64,000 nucleotides of DNA from Phreatobacter sp. (GTDB lineage Bacteria > Pseudomonadota > Alphaproteobacteria > Rhizobiales > Phreatobacteraceae): assembly GCA_046295035.1 (NCBI GenBank), contig JBKBOA010000001.1, positions 42,018 through 106,017 on the forward strand, written 5' to 3'. How positions within the stretch are numbered: position 1 is the stretch's first letter; each line of letters opens with the position of its first letter. Both the position numbers and the translations under genes were made by a program. Below the pieces are notes generated by a model. The model saw only the letters and a program-made list of their open reading frames with translations. It had not been told where the DNA came from and made no database searches. This document shows positions 19,166-29,822 of this stretch, piece after piece.

Positions 19166-19210
19166 CAGCCGATTATTCTGTGCGGTTCCCGACATATCTG
19201 ATCCGGGATG

Positions 19211-20587
19211 TCAGGCTGCCTTCGGGTGCCGCATGCTGGGCGTGCGCATGGTCACGAGCTCCTCCGCCGCGGTCGGATGCACGGCCATGGTCGCATCGAA
19301 ATCGGCCTTGGTGGCCTTCATCTTCACGGCGATGCCGGCGAGCTGGATCATCTCGCCGGCATCCGGTCCGCAGATGTGGACGCCGAGCACCCGGTCCGTC
19401 TGCGCATCGACCACCAGCTTCATGAGCATGCGCGTGTCGCGGCCCGACAGCGTGTGCCTCATCGGCCGGAAGGTGGCCCGATAGATGTCGACCGCCCCGC
19501 CGGCGGCCAGCGCCTCCTGTTCGGTGAGGCCGACCGTGCCGATCTCCGGCTCGGAGAAGACGGCGGTGGGGATCAGGCCATGGTCGGCTTGCCAGGGCTT
19601 GCCGCCGAACACCGTGTCGGCAAAGGCATGGCCCTCGCGGATCGCCACCGGCGTCAGGTTCACCCGGTCGGTCACGTCGCCGACCGCGAAGATCGAGGGG
19701 ACATTGGTCCGGCTGTTGGCATCGACGACGATCTCGCCGCCCTTGCCAAGCGCCACGCCGGCCGTTTCCAGGCCAAGGCCGGCCGTGTTCGGCCGCCGCC
19801 CGATGGCCATCAGGACCTGGTCGGCCGCAACCGGTGCGTGGCCATTGCGGAAGCGCACGGTGAGCCCGCCCGCGCCCTTCTCAATGGCCGAGAAGGTCTC
19901 GTTCATGACAAGGCGGATGCCCCTCCTGGCATATTCCGCCATCAGATGGTCGCGCAGATCCTCGTCGAACCCGCGCAGGATCTTGGGCCCGCGATAGACC
20001 AGCGTCACCTCGGAGCCGAGACCGGCAAAGACGCCGGCAAACTCCACCGCGATATAGCCACCGCCGGCAATCACGATGCGCCTGGGCTGCTCGGTGAGGT
20101 GGAAGACCTCGTTGGACGAGATCGCAAGCTCGCGCCCGGGCAGGGTCTCGTCGGTGGTCGGCTGCGCCCCGGTGGCGATGAGGATGTGGCCCGCGGTGAC
20201 GATGCGCCCGTCGGCGAGGCGCACGCTGTTCGGACCGGCGAGCGTGGCACGCTGGGCGATGGTCTCGACGCCGGCCTTGTGCAGGTTGCCGGCATAGGCC
20301 GCCTCCAGCCGGGCGATCTCCCTGTCCTTGGCGGCGATGAAGGTCGGCCAGTCGAACTGCGTCGGACCGACCGTCCAGCCGAAGCCGGCCGCATCCTCGA
20401 AATGCTCGTGATACTGGGCCGCATAGACCATGAGCTTCTTCGGCACGCAGCCGCGGATCACGCAGGTGCCGCCCATCCGGTATTCCTCGGCGAGCATGAC
20501 CCTGGCGCCGTGAGTCGCCGCGATGCGGGCGGCACGCACGCCCCCGGAACCGCCGCCGATGACGAAGAGATCGACGTCGTAGCTCAT
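19211..20587 (-). CDS. gor: Glutathione-disulfide reductase
   Basis: [42 protein letters not shown]. Confidence 0.96.
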   Translation of the reverse strand: MSYDVDLFVIGGGSGGVRAARIAATHGARVMLAEEYRMGGTCVIRGCVPKKLMVYAAQYHEHFEDAAGFGWTVGPTQFDWPTFIAAKDREIARLEAAYAGNLHKAGVETIAQRATLAGPNSVRLADGRIVTAGHILIATGAQPTTDETLPGRELAISSNEVFHLTEQPRRIVIAGGGYIAVEFAGVFAGLGSEVTLVYRGPKILRGFDEDLRDHLMAEYARRGIRLVMNETFSAIEKGAGGLTVRFRNGHAPVAADQVLMAIGRRPNTAGLGLETAGVALGKGGEIVVDANSRTNVPSIFAVGDVTDRVNLTPVAIREGHAFADTVFGGKPWQADHGLIPTAVFSEPEIGTVGLTEQEALAAGGAVDIYRATFRPMRHTLSGRDTRMLMKLVVDAQTDRVLGVHICGPDAGEMIQLAGIAVKMKATKADFDATMAVHPTAAEELVTMRTPSMRHPKAA

Positions 20588-20670
20588 GGGCACCTCGGAT
20601 GGTTCGGCATCGGGTCATGGCCGGGGGACGGCCGCGCCCTCGGGCAGATGGGCAGGACTGAGCGCTTAGC

Positions 20671-20688
20671 ACAGGGGCGAGCACGCAC
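20671..20688 (+). repeat. 18-bp direct repeat, copy 2 (ACAGGGGCGAGCACGCAC)
   Basis: Exact match to 19016..19033; lies within a plausible gor promoter (minus strand TTGTGC-N16-TAAGCG). Confidence 0.85.
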
Positions 20689-20787
20689 AAGTGCGCGACC
20701 GGCACAGGCGCCCCTCCGGGAAACTCGCTATGGCGGCTCCAGCCGGGGGAATGCGACACTCTGTCCAGCATCCATCGGGAGGATTCG

Positions 20788-21768
20788 ATGAACACGTTGA
20801 CCCGGCGACACGCGGTGGCTCTCGGCGCTGCTGCCCTTGCCCTGAGCGTCAAGGGGCCTGCGGCCCTGGCCCAGGGGCCGAGCGAACTGAAGATCATGGC
20901 TCCGGCGGCACCGGGCGGCGGCTGGGACCAGACCGCCCGCGTCATGCAGGCCGTGCTCACCGGCGAGCGGATCGTCCGCTCCGCCCAGGTGACCAATGTT
21001 GCCGGCGCCGGCGGCACGATCGGGATCGCCCAGTTCGTCAACGGCTCGGCCGGGGATCCGACCGCCCTGATGGTGTCGGGCTTCGTCATGGTCGGCGCCA
21101 TCCTGATGAACCGCGCGCCGGTGACGCTGGAGGCGGTGACGCCGATCGCCCGCCTGACCGGGGAATGGCAGGCGCTGGTGGTGCCCCAGAACTCGCCCAT
21201 CCGTTCGGTCCAGGATCTGGTCAATGCCCTGAAGGCCGATGTCAGCAAGGTCAGCTGGGGTGGTGGTTCGGCCGGTGGCGTCGATCATATCACGGCGGCC
21301 ATGTTTGCCGGCATGGCCGGCACGGATGGCTCGAAGGTCAACTACATCGCCCATTCCGGCGGCGGCGAGGCCATGGCAGCCATCCTGTCGGGGCGCGTCA
21401 CGGTCGGCGTGGGCGGCGGCAGCGAATTCGAGCAGCACGTCAAGGCGCGCCGGCTGCGCTGGATCGGCCTCACCGCGCCGCGCGGCACGCCCGACCTGCC
21501 CGGCCCGACGCTGGCCGAACAGGGTTTCCCGCTGGAGCTGCAGAACTGGCGGAGCGTCTTCGGCGCGCCCGGCATCTCGGCGGAGCAGCGGGCGGCCCTC
21601 GGCCAGATCATCGACAGGATGGTGAAGTCCAAGGCCTGGGCCGACCAGCTCGCGGCCAAGGGCTGGCAGGACACCTATCTGGCAGGTGTCGAGTTCGAGA
21701 CCTTTCTCAAGGCCGAGATCCAGCGGGTCGCGGGCGTCCTGCGCGACCTCGGTCTGGTGAGGGCGTGA
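20788..21768 (+). CDS. tctC: Tripartite tricarboxylate transporter substrate-binding protein (Bug/TctC)
   Basis: [39 protein letters not shown]; RR-containing signal peptide. Confidence 0.93.
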   Translation: MNTLTRRHAVALGAAALALSVKGPAALAQGPSELKIMAPAAPGGGWDQTARVMQAVLTGERIVRSAQVTNVAGAGGTIGIAQFVNGSAGDPTALMVSGFVMVGAILMNRAPVTLEAVTPIARLTGEWQALVVPQNSPIRSVQDLVNALKADVSKVSWGGGSAGGVDHITAAMFAGMAGTDGSKVNYIAHSGGGEAMAAILSGRVTVGVGGGSEFEQHVKARRLRWIGLTAPRGTPDLPGPTLAEQGFPLELQNWRSVFGAPGISAEQRAALGQIIDRMVKSKAWADQLAAKGWQDTYLAGVEFETFLKAEIQRVAGVLRDLGLVRA

Positions 21769-22241
21769 TGGCGGACGACCGGTTTCCGGCCCCCGATGGG
21801 CCGGTCATCGCCATTGGTCTGGGGCTGCTGGCAACGGCGGCCCTTGTCGTGTGGCAGTCATGGGAGCTGCGGGCCAGCTTCGGCAGCCAGACGCTCGGCC
21901 CGCAGATGATGCCCTTCCTGGTCGGGCTGCTGCTCGTCCTGTTCGGTGTCCTGACCATCCTGGCCGGCCTGCGCGGGTCGTTCCCGGCCCGCGAGCCGGC
22001 CGAATGGGGGCATGTCGCCTGGATCGGCGGCGGGCTCGCCGCCATGATCCTGCTGATCAAGACCGCCGGCTTCGTTCCGGCCGGTGCCGTGCTGTTCGCC
22101 GCCACAGCCCGGGGCTTCGGCTCGACCCGCGCGGGACTGGATCTCGCCATCGGCGCGGTGGCGGCGCTCCTCATCTATCTCTTCTTCGTCAAGCTGCTGG
22201 GACTGACGCTGCCCTCCGGCCTCACCGAAAGCTGGATGTGA
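21768..22241 (+). CDS. tctB: TTT small membrane subunit
   Basis: ATG overlaps the tctC stop; LGPQMMP, 4-5 [14 protein letters not shown]. Confidence 0.9.
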   Translation: MADDRFPAPDGPVIAIGLGLLATAALVVWQSWELRASFGSQTLGPQMMPFLVGLLLVLFGVLTILAGLRGSFPAREPAEWGHVAWIGGGLAAMILLIKTAGFVPAGAVLFAATARGFGSTRAGLDLAIGAVAALLIYLFFVKLLGLTLPSGLTESWM

Positions 22242-22245
22242 CGCC

Positions 22246-23751
22246 ATGGAAACCCTGGCGCTTCTCGGCAACGGGCTGGCCATTGCCCTTCAGCCCTCCA
22301 ACCTCCTGTTCGCGCTGATCGGCGTGACGCTCGGGACGGCGGTCGGCGTGCTGCCCGGAATCGGGCCGGCCATGACGGTGGCCCTGCTCCTGCCCGTCAC
22401 CTTCAAGATGGACCCGGCCGGATCGCTGATCATGTTCGCCGGCATCTATTATGGCGGGATGTATGGCGGCTCGACCACGTCGATCCTGCTCAACACGCCG
22501 GGCGAGAGCTCGTCCATCATCACGGCCATGGAGGGCAACAAGATGGCCCGCAAGGGCCGCGCCGGTCCGGCCCTGGCGACGGCGGCCATCGGCTCCTTCG
22601 TCGCCGGCACGATCGCGACGGCGCTGCTGACGCTCTTTGCGCCCTGGCTGGCGGAAATGGCCATCGCCTTCGGACCGGAGGATTATTTCGCCCTGATGAT
22701 GGTGGCCTTCATCACCGTGTCGGCGACCTTCGGATCATCGCGCCTGCGCGGCCTGACCTCGCTCGCCATCGGCCTGACGCTCGGCCTGGTCGGCATCGAC
22801 AAGCTGACCGGGCAGGCGCGTCTTGCCTTCGGCATTCCCGACCTGCTGGACGGGCTGGAAGTGACCACGGTGGCGGTGGCCATGTTCGCAGTGGGGGAGG
22901 CCATGGCGGTGGCCTCGCAGCGGGCAACGCTGGGAGAGGGGGAGGTCGAGCAGATCCGCGGCTCGCTGTGGATGACGGCCGAGGACTGGCGGCGCTCGTG
23001 GCTGCCCTGGCTGCGCGGCACGGCCTTCGGCTTTCCGATCGGGGCCTTGCCGGCCGGTGGCGCGGAGGTGCCCACCTTCCTGTCCTATTCGGTGGAGAAG
23101 CGGCTGGCCAGGCACCCGGAGGAGTTCGGCAACGGCGCGATCGAGGGCGTGGCCGGGCCGGAGGCGGCCAACAATGCCTCGGCGGCCGGAACCCTGGTGC
23201 CGCTGCTGACCCTCGGCATTCCGACCTCCGCCACGGCGGCTATCATGCTGGCCGGGTTCCAGCAATACAACCTGCAGCCGGGCCCCCTGCTCTTCGTGAC
23301 CTCGGCGGACATCGTCTGGGGCCTGATCGCCTCGCTGTTCATCGCCAATGCCATGCTGATCGTGCTGAACCTGCCGATGATCGGAATCTGGGTGAAGCTG
23401 CTGTCGATCCCCCGGCCCTGGCTCTATGGCGGCATCCTGATGTTCGCTACCGTCGGCGTGCTCGCGGCCAAGGGCTCGCTGGTCGAGCTGACGCTCGTCC
23501 TGCTGCTCGGGCTGCTCGCCTTCGGGATGCGCCGCTTCGACTATCCGATCGCGCCCGTCGTGGTCGGCATGATCCTCGGGCCGATGGCGGAAACGCAGCT
23601 CAGACGGGCCCTCCAGATCAACAATGGCGACCCGATGGTGCTCCTCCACAGCCCGATCTCGGCCACGCTGCTGGCCATTGCCGTGGTCGCGCTGTTCGGG
23701 CCGCTGCTGTGGTCCTGGCTCGGCTGGAAGATGAAGTCCGACGAGGACTGA
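22246..23751 (+). CDS. tctA: TTT large membrane subunit
   Basis: [46 protein letters not shown]. Confidence 0.96.
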   Translation: METLALLGNGLAIALQPSNLLFALIGVTLGTAVGVLPGIGPAMTVALLLPVTFKMDPAGSLIMFAGIYYGGMYGGSTTSILLNTPGESSSIITAMEGNKMARKGRAGPALATAAIGSFVAGTIATALLTLFAPWLAEMAIAFGPEDYFALMMVAFITVSATFGSSRLRGLTSLAIGLTLGLVGIDKLTGQARLAFGIPDLLDGLEVTTVAVAMFAVGEAMAVASQRATLGEGEVEQIRGSLWMTAEDWRRSWLPWLRGTAFGFPIGALPAGGAEVPTFLSYSVEKRLARHPEEFGNGAIEGVAGPEAANNASAAGTLVPLLTLGIPTSATAAIMLAGFQQYNLQPGPLLFVTSADIVWGLIASLFIANAMLIVLNLPMIGIWVKLLSIPRPWLYGGILMFATVGVLAAKGSLVELTLVLLLGLLAFGMRRFDYPIAPVVVGMILGPMAETQLRRALQINNGDPMVLLHSPISATLLAIAVVALFGPLLWSWLGWKMKSDED

Positions 23752-23856
23752 CGGGCACCTGAGGCGCCGGCCCCTTGCCGGCGCGTTCCGTCCGCGCCAT
23801 GCCGGGCCAACCCGGCGGCCCCTTCCGCCGCTGCGGACGGGGCGGTGCACCGGGCC

Positions 23857-23888
23857 AAGAAAGGCGCCGCCCCGAAGGGCGGCGTTTC
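23857..23888 (-). terminator. Intrinsic terminator of rpiA-DUF2059 (possibly bidirectional)
   Basis: Minus strand CGCCGCCC-TTCG-GGGCGGCG followed by CCTTTCTT; cUUCGg tetraloop. Confidence 0.7.
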
Positions 23889-23914
23889 GATGATCGGCGC
23901 AGCCGCGACCCGGT

Positions 23915-24469
23915 TCAGAGCCGGATGCCGCGCTTGGCGAACTCCTCGCGGAAGCGGGCGACGATGTCGCGGGTGACAGCCTGGCTCCACTGCTGGGAGC
24001 GGCTGAAGGTCTCCTCCATGATGGAGGGGATGGTGCGCACCAGCTTCTGGCCATCCGGCGACTGATAGAAGGCCTGGATCCGCCGCAGCTCGTCCATGGT
24101 GAAGCGCTGGGCATAGGCGACCGCGATCCCCTGGATCAGCTCGTTGACCCGCGGCTGAAACTCGGTCTTGAGCTGCTCGCCGACCTCGTTGAACTGCCGG
24201 CCGAGATCCGGGTTGGTCGGCAGGAACAGCCCCTTGGCCTGCTCGATGAAGGCGGGAATGACGTTCTCGAAGGAGGCCGAGGCGCCCGACAGCTCGACTA
24301 CCTGACGGGCCAGCGCAACCTGTTCGGCGGAGGGCTGGGCGGGAGCCTGGGGTGCGGGCGCCTGGGCGAGAAGCCCCGGCCGCTGAAGCGGTGCCTGCTG
24401 GCCATGGGCGGTGCCGGCGCCAACAAGCGCAGCGATGGCAAGAGCGGCGGCGGACGATCGGGCGAACAT
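23915..24469 (-). CDS. DUF2059 family periplasmic protein
   Basis: Signal peptide; YAQRFTMDELRRIQAFYQSPDGQKL motif; usual position after rpiA. Confidence 0.88.
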   Translation of the reverse strand: MFARSSAAALAIAALVGAGTAHGQQAPLQRPGLLAQAPAPQAPAQPSAEQVALARQVVELSGASASFENVIPAFIEQAKGLFLPTNPDLGRQFNEVGEQLKTEFQPRVNELIQGIAVAYAQRFTMDELRRIQAFYQSPDGQKLVRTIPSIMEETFSRSQQWSQAVTRDIVARFREEFAKRGIRL

Positions 24470-24518
24470 CAGGATCTCTCCCAGCAGAGGCAAGGCGGGC
24501 GGCATGGGGGTCGCCGCC

Positions 24519-25226
24519 TCACGGTCCGACACGTCCTACGACCTCTGCGCCTCCAGGGGAAGCGATGATCGCGAAAGTCGCCAGACCGATGAACAGGCCG
24601 TGCTCCACAACGCCGGGCACGGCATGAAGGTGGGCCGCAAGCGCCGCCGGATCGGGGATCCGTCCACAGGCCGCGTCCAGAATCATGTGACCGCCGTCCG
24701 TGACGAAAACATGGCCGTCAGCGGTCTTGCGCAGATGGATGGGGCCGGCGCAACCGGCCCGGTCGAGAACCTTCTCGATCGCCCGCTGCGTGGCTGCCAG
24801 GCCGAAGCTGTTGACCTCGATGGGCAGGGCAAACCGGCCGAGGACATCGACCCGTTTGGAGGCATCGGCAATGACGATCATGCGTGCCGAGGCCGCCGCG
24901 ACGATCTTCTCGCGCAGGAGCGCGCCGCCGCCCCCCTTGATGAGGTTCAGGGCCGGATCGATCTCGTCGGCGCCATCGACGGTCAGGTCGAGTTCGGGCA
25001 CCTCGTCCAGCGTGGTCAGCGAAAGGCCGAGGCTTTCGGCCTGCCGGCGCGTCGCCTCGGAGGTCGGCACGCCGATGACCCTCATGCCGCCGCGCACCTT
25101 CTCGGCCAGCAGCTCGACGAAGTGCCTGGCCGTGGACCCCGTGCCGAGACCGAGGCGCATGCCGTCCTCGACGAAGGTCAGGGCCCTGGCGGCCGCATCG
25201 CGCTTGAGAGCTTCGGCATCGGTCAT
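24519..25226 (-). CDS. rpiA: Ribose-5-phosphate isomerase A
   Basis: [32 protein letters not shown]. Confidence 0.97.
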   Translation of the reverse strand: MTDAEALKRDAAARALTFVEDGMRLGLGTGSTARHFVELLAEKVRGGMRVIGVPTSEATRRQAESLGLSLTTLDEVPELDLTVDGADEIDPALNLIKGGGGALLREKIVAAASARMIVIADASKRVDVLGRFALPIEVNSFGLAATQRAIEKVLDRAGCAGPIHLRKTADGHVFVTDGGHMILDAACGRIPDPAALAAHLHAVPGVVEHGLFIGLATFAIIASPGGAEVVGRVGP

Positions 25227-25313
25227 GAACGGTTCCAGGCTGCAACGGTCGCCGGATAGCCCCTGCCCGCGCCCAGGTCCAGCCTGAAAACGCGCCGGCC
25301 GGGCGGCTGGGGA

Positions 25314-27053
25314 TCAGAAATCCACCACATCGAGCCGCGGCCGGGCCGTCGGGCTGACGATCCCGAGATCCGGTGCCGGCAAAGGCTCGCCGGAATCGCG
25401 GAACCGGTTGACGATCGGGTAGCGCCTGTCGCGCCCGAAGTTGCGGGCCGTGACCTTCACGCCCGGTGCGGCCTGCCGCCGCTTGTACTCGGCAATGGCC
25501 AGAAGCCGCTCGACCTTCTTGACTGTATCCAGATCGTAGCCCTCGGCGACGATGGCCGCCACCGGCGCCTCCTTCTCCACCAGCCGCTCGAGGATGGCGT
25601 CGAGCACGTCATAGGGTGGCAGGGAGTCCTGGTCGGTCTGGTTCTCGCGCAGCTCGGCGGTCGGCGGCTTGACGATGATGTTGTGCGGAATGACCTCGCC
25701 ATCGGGGCCCAGCGCCCCGGCCGGCTTCCAGCGGTTGCGCAGCGCGGACAGGCGGAACACCTCGGTCTTGTAGAGATCCTTGACGGGATTGTAGCCGCCA
25801 TTCATGTCGCCATAGATGGTGGCATAGCCGACCGACATCTCGCTCTTGTTGCCGGTCGTCACCACCATGGCGCCGAACTTGTTGGAGATGGACATGAGAA
25901 TCGTGCCGCGCGCACGGCTCTGCAGGTTCTCTTCCGTGATGTCGCGGCTCGTGCCGCGGAACAGGGGCGCCAGCGCGGCTTCGAGCCCCTCCACCGCACT
26001 GGCAATCGGCACGATGTCGTAGCGCACGCCGAGCGCACGCGCGCAGGCATGGGCATCCTTGAGCGAATCCTCCGAGGTGAACCGGTAGGGCAGCATCACG
26101 CAGTGCACCCGGTCGGCCCCGAGCGCATCCACCGCCATGGTCGCGCAGAGCGCCGAATCGATGCCGCCGGACAGCCCGAGCACCACACCGGGGAAGCGGT
26201 TCTTCTCCACATAGTCGCGCAGGCCCAGCACGCAGGCCGCATAATTGGCCTCGTCACCGGTGGCATGGGCATGAACCGGCCCGGACAGGCGCCAGCCCCC
26301 CGCCTGCCGCGTCAGATCGACGAAGGCGAGCTGCTCGGCAAAGGCGGGCAGCTGCATGGCCAGGCTGCGGTCGCCATTGACCGCGAGCGAAGCGCCGTCA
26401 AACACCAGTTCGTCCTGCCCGCCAACCTGGTTGACATAGAGCAGCGGCAGCCCGCTCTCGGTGACGCGGGCCACGATGGTGCTCATGCGCTCGTCATAGA
26501 CGGTTTCGCGATAGGGCGAGCCGTTCGGCACGATCAGCAGCTCCGCGCCTGTCTCGGACAGGGTCTCCACCACCTCCTCGCCCCAGATGTCCTCGCAGAT
26601 CGGCACACCGATGCGGATGCCGCGGATGTTGATCGGCCCCGGCAGGGGCCCGGGGGCGAAAACCCGCTTCTCGTCGAAGACCGAGTAGTTCGGCAGATCC
26701 ACCTTGAAGCGCACGGCCTGGATCAGGCCGCCGTCGCAATAGGCAACGGCATTGTAGACCTTGCCGTCCTCCACCCAGGGCGTGGTGACAAGCAGCGCCG
26801 GACCGCCATCGGCCGTGTCCCTGGCGAGGGCTTCCGTCGCCTGCCGGCAGGCGGCCTGGAAGGCCGGCTTCAGCACGAGATCCTCGGGCGGATAGCCGGA
26901 GATGAACAGTTCGGAGAAGACCACGAGCTCGGCGCCGGCCACCGCCGCGTCCAAGCGGGCGGACCGGGCGCGGGCCAGGTTGCCGGCCACGTCCCCCATG
27001 ATCGGATTGAACTGGGCCACGGCGATGCGGAGCGAGGCGGGCGGCTGGGTCAT
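25314..27053 (-). CDS. nadE: Glutamine-dependent NAD+ synthetase
   Basis: Nitrilase domain (SELFISGYPPED, FDEKR, ICEDIW) plus LGLSGGIDS, ENLQSRARG, TGNKSE, PPTAEL. Confidence 0.97.
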   Translation of the reverse strand: MTQPPASLRIAVAQFNPIMGDVAGNLARARSARLDAAVAGAELVVFSELFISGYPPEDLVLKPAFQAACRQATEALARDTADGGPALLVTTPWVEDGKVYNAVAYCDGGLIQAVRFKVDLPNYSVFDEKRVFAPGPLPGPINIRGIRIGVPICEDIWGEEVVETLSETGAELLIVPNGSPYRETVYDERMSTIVARVTESGLPLLYVNQVGGQDELVFDGASLAVNGDRSLAMQLPAFAEQLAFVDLTRQAGGWRLSGPVHAHATGDEANYAACVLGLRDYVEKNRFPGVVLGLSGGIDSALCATMAVDALGADRVHCVMLPYRFTSEDSLKDAHACARALGVRYDIVPIASAVEGLEAALAPLFRGTSRDITEENLQSRARGTILMSISNKFGAMVVTTGNKSEMSVGYATIYGDMNGGYNPVKDLYKTEVFRLSALRNRWKPAGALGPDGEVIPHNIIVKPPTAELRENQTDQDSLPPYDVLDAILERLVEKEAPVAAIVAEGYDLDTVKKVERLLAIAEYKRRQAAPGVKVTARNFGRDRRYPIVNRFRDSGEPLPAPDLGIVSPTARPRLDVVDF

Positions 27054-27141
27054 GCGGCAGATGTAGCGCGCCGCCGGATGCTTCTCAACGCACGGCTGAA
27101 GCGCCCTGGCGGATGGCCTGCCAGGGCAAGGCAGGAGATCG

Positions 27142-27155
27142 TTAACCTTCGTCAA
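27142..27155. promoter_or_regulatory. Possible FNR-family (NNR/Dnr-type) box between nadE and the porin gene
   Basis: TTAAC-CTTC-GTCAA; alternatively a CtrA half-site. Confidence 0.35.
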
Positions 27156-27203
27156 CGGATCGTAAAAATCCTTTCGTTCACAAGAGCTTGCAGGCTGGAT
27201 GCC

Positions 27204-27219
27204 TTAACTCGCCAGTAAC
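27204..27219 (+). promoter_or_regulatory. Putative CtrA box upstream of the porin gene
   Basis: TTAA-CTCGCCA-GTAAC (1 mismatch to TTAA-N7-TTAAC). Confidence 0.55.
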
Positions 27220-27287
27220 CTTGATGTTTCATGAATGAACCGGATGCAGCCCGCCCCTCGCGGTCCGGGCCCTGCGAGGAGGCCGCC

Positions 27288-28118
27288 ATGGCGAAGCGTT
27301 CGAAGACCACAGCGGGACTGGGCGCCCTGGCGCTTGTCATGGTCATGGGCAGCGCAGCAGGAGCCGCCGACATGGCGCTGCGCGGGTCGCTGCCGGGCTA
27401 TGAGGCTCCGGCCGGCAACTGGGGCGGCTTCTATGCCGGTGCCTTCTACGGATACTCCTCGGGCAGCCTCAATCCGACGGGCATCTTCAACAGCCACACC
27501 AATGCGTTCCAGCAGCTGATCCCCACCAACACCTATCTTCCCGCCTTTCCCGCCGCCGGCGGCAATGCAACGCGCGGCGCCTTCGGCGTGTTCGCGGGCT
27601 ATCAGGTGCAGTTCGAGGACGCGGTCGTGGGGTTCGAGGTGGACTACACGCGCCTGGCCATGCGGCGCGACCGCGAGTTCCTGGCGGCGGATGGCAGCGT
27701 GACCGTTCCGATTGCGTCGCAGGCCGGGCCCGCCGGCACGTATGATTTCACCAACCAGCGCCTGGCGACGTCGCTGCGCATCAACGACTACATGACCTTC
27801 CGGGTCCGGGGCGGCTGGGACCTGGGCTATTTCATGCCGTTCATGACCGCCGGTCTGGTCGTTGGCCGGGGCAACGAGAACGCCGTGCTGACCGCGGATA
27901 CATGCGCCAGCGGGGGCTGCGGCGCCACGACGCCGGTCCGGTACGAATACAACAAGCCGGTGGTCTCGGCCGGCATCGCCTATGGCGCGGGCATCGACAT
28001 GAAGCTGGCCCAGTACCTGCTGCTGCGTGCCGAATATCAGGGCGTCACCTTCGCCGGATTCGGCTCGGCCAGTGCCACCGTTCACACGGTCCGCGTCGGC
28101 GCCGGCCTGCGCTACTGA
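27288..28118 (+). CDS. Omp25/RopB-family outer membrane beta-barrel protein
   Basis: Signal peptide ending AGA-AD; NWGGFYAG; LLLRAEY; C-terminal VRVGAGLRY; GAGGAGG RBS. Confidence 0.9.
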   Translation: MAKRSKTTAGLGALALVMVMGSAAGAADMALRGSLPGYEAPAGNWGGFYAGAFYGYSSGSLNPTGIFNSHTNAFQQLIPTNTYLPAFPAAGGNATRGAFGVFAGYQVQFEDAVVGFEVDYTRLAMRRDREFLAADGSVTVPIASQAGPAGTYDFTNQRLATSLRINDYMTFRVRGGWDLGYFMPFMTAGLVVGRGNENAVLTADTCASGGCGATTPVRYEYNKPVVSAGIAYGAGIDMKLAQYLLLRAEYQGVTFAGFGSASATVHTVRVGAGLRY

Positions 28119-28196
28119 CCGGGGCTCCCGCAGGCAAGCGCGAGGCCTGCGGGGCATCCCCGCGCAGGCCCCTGGCGCCTACGCCAGACGGCGCCC

Positions 28197-29582
28197 CTAT
28201 TCGGCCGCCTCGCGCACGAGGGGGCCGCGCCGCAGGCGCTGGCGCTTGAGCATGTCGGCGACCTTGAAGGCCACTTCCAACGCCTGCTCGGCATTCAGCC
28301 GCGGATCGCAATGGGTGTGATAGCGGTCGGACAGGTCGAGGTCGGTAATGGCCGCGCGCCCGCCGGTACATTCGGTGACGTTCTTGCCGGTCATTTCCAG
28401 GTGGATGCCTCCGGCATAGGTGCCCTCCGCCTCATGGATGGCGAAGAAGTGCTCGATCTCGTTCATGATGAGGTCGAACGGCCGGGTCTTGTAGCCGCTC
28501 GCGGCCTTGATGGTGTTGCCGTGCATCGGGTCGCACGACCAGACCACCGTCCGGCCCTCGCGCTGGACGGCCCGGATCAGCGGCGCCAGGTGCTTTTCGA
28601 CCTTGTCGGCGCCGAAGCGGCAGATCAGCGTCACGCGGCCGGCGCGATCCTCCGGATTGAGGATGTCCAATAGTTTCAGCAGTCCGTCCGGATCGAGGCT
28701 CGGTCCGCACTTGAAGGCGATCGGATTGCGGATGCCGCGGAAGAACTCGACATGGGCATGGTCCGGCTGGCGCGTGCGGTCGCCGATCCACAGCATGTGG
28801 CCGGAGGTCGCGTACCAGTCGCCGGACGTGGAATCGATGCGGGTCAGCGCCTCCTCGTAGCCGAGGAGCAGAGCCTCGTGGCTCGTGTAGAGCTCGGTCG
28901 TGCGCATCTCGGGATGCGCCTCCGGATCGATGCCGCAGGCGCGCATGAAGTCGAGCGCCTCCTCGATGCGCTCGGCGAGGTGCCGGTACCTGTCGTTGGC
29001 CGGCGTGTCCTTCACGAAGCCGAGCATCCACTTCATGGCATTGTCGAGATTGGCGTAGCCGCCATAGGCGAAGGCGCGCAGCAGGTTGAGCGTCGCGGCC
29101 GACTGGCGGTAGGCCATGGCCTGCCGGGCCGGGTCGGGCTCGCGCGCCTCCGGCGTGAAGGCGATGTCGTTGATGATGTCGCCGCGGTAGGAGGGCAGTG
29201 TCACGCCGTCGATCGTCTCGGTATCGGCCGAGCGCGGCTTGGCGAACTGGCCAGCCACGCGGCCGACCTTCACCACCGGCATGCCGCCGGCATAGGTCAG
29301 CACCACCGCCATCTGGAGGAAGGCGCGGAAGAAGTCGCGAATGTTGTCGGCGCCATGCTCGGCGAAGCTCTCGGCGCAGTCACCGCCCTGAAGCAGGAAG
29401 GCCTCGCCCCTTGCGACTTTCGCGAGCGCCTTCTTCAGATTGCGCGCCTCACCGGCAAAAACCAGCGGCGGAAACCCGGACAGGCGCTTCTCGACGTCCC
29501 GCAGCGCGGCCTCGTCCTTGTAGACCGGCACCTGCAGGATCGGCTTCGACCGCCAGCTCGACGGGCTCCAACGCTCGCCCAT
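28197..29582 (-). CDS. Class II DAHP synthase
   Basis: [14 protein letters not shown]; [12 protein letters not shown]; [12 protein letters not shown]; CDPMHGNT; CDPRLN. The true start lies inside track ORF 28197..31355. Confidence 0.96.
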   Translation of the reverse strand: MGERWSPSSWRSKPILQVPVYKDEAALRDVEKRLSGFPPLVFAGEARNLKKALAKVARGEAFLLQGGDCAESFAEHGADNIRDFFRAFLQMAVVLTYAGGMPVVKVGRVAGQFAKPRSADTETIDGVTLPSYRGDIINDIAFTPEAREPDPARQAMAYRQSAATLNLLRAFAYGGYANLDNAMKWMLGFVKDTPANDRYRHLAERIEEALDFMRACGIDPEAHPEMRTTELYTSHEALLLGYEEALTRIDSTSGDWYATSGHMLWIGDRTRQPDHAHVEFFRGIRNPIAFKCGPSLDPDGLLKLLDILNPEDRAGRVTLICRFGADKVEKHLAPLIRAVQREGRTVVWSCDPMHGNTIKAASGYKTRPFDLIMNEIEHFFAIHEAEGTYAGGIHLEMTGKNVTECTGGRAAITDLDLSDRYHTHCDPRLNAEQALEVAFKVADMLKRQRLRRGPLVREAAE

Positions 29583-29822
29583 GGTCTTTCCCCTTCCGTC
29601 GGCATCCTCATGCAGGCCAGCACCGCCGCCTGCGGACACGAAAACCTCCGCCGGAGGCCCCCGGCAGGAAGATCGCGGCTTATACACGCTCGGGAGGCGA
29701 CGGGCGAGAGAAACCGTCGCGGGTCGGCATCGGCCGACTGGCATCGGCTCACGCAACCGCGCGTTGCCTTCGCGGCAGGCCTCCTGTACCCGGATGGCGA
29801 GGCGATGCATCCGAGGCCCGTC

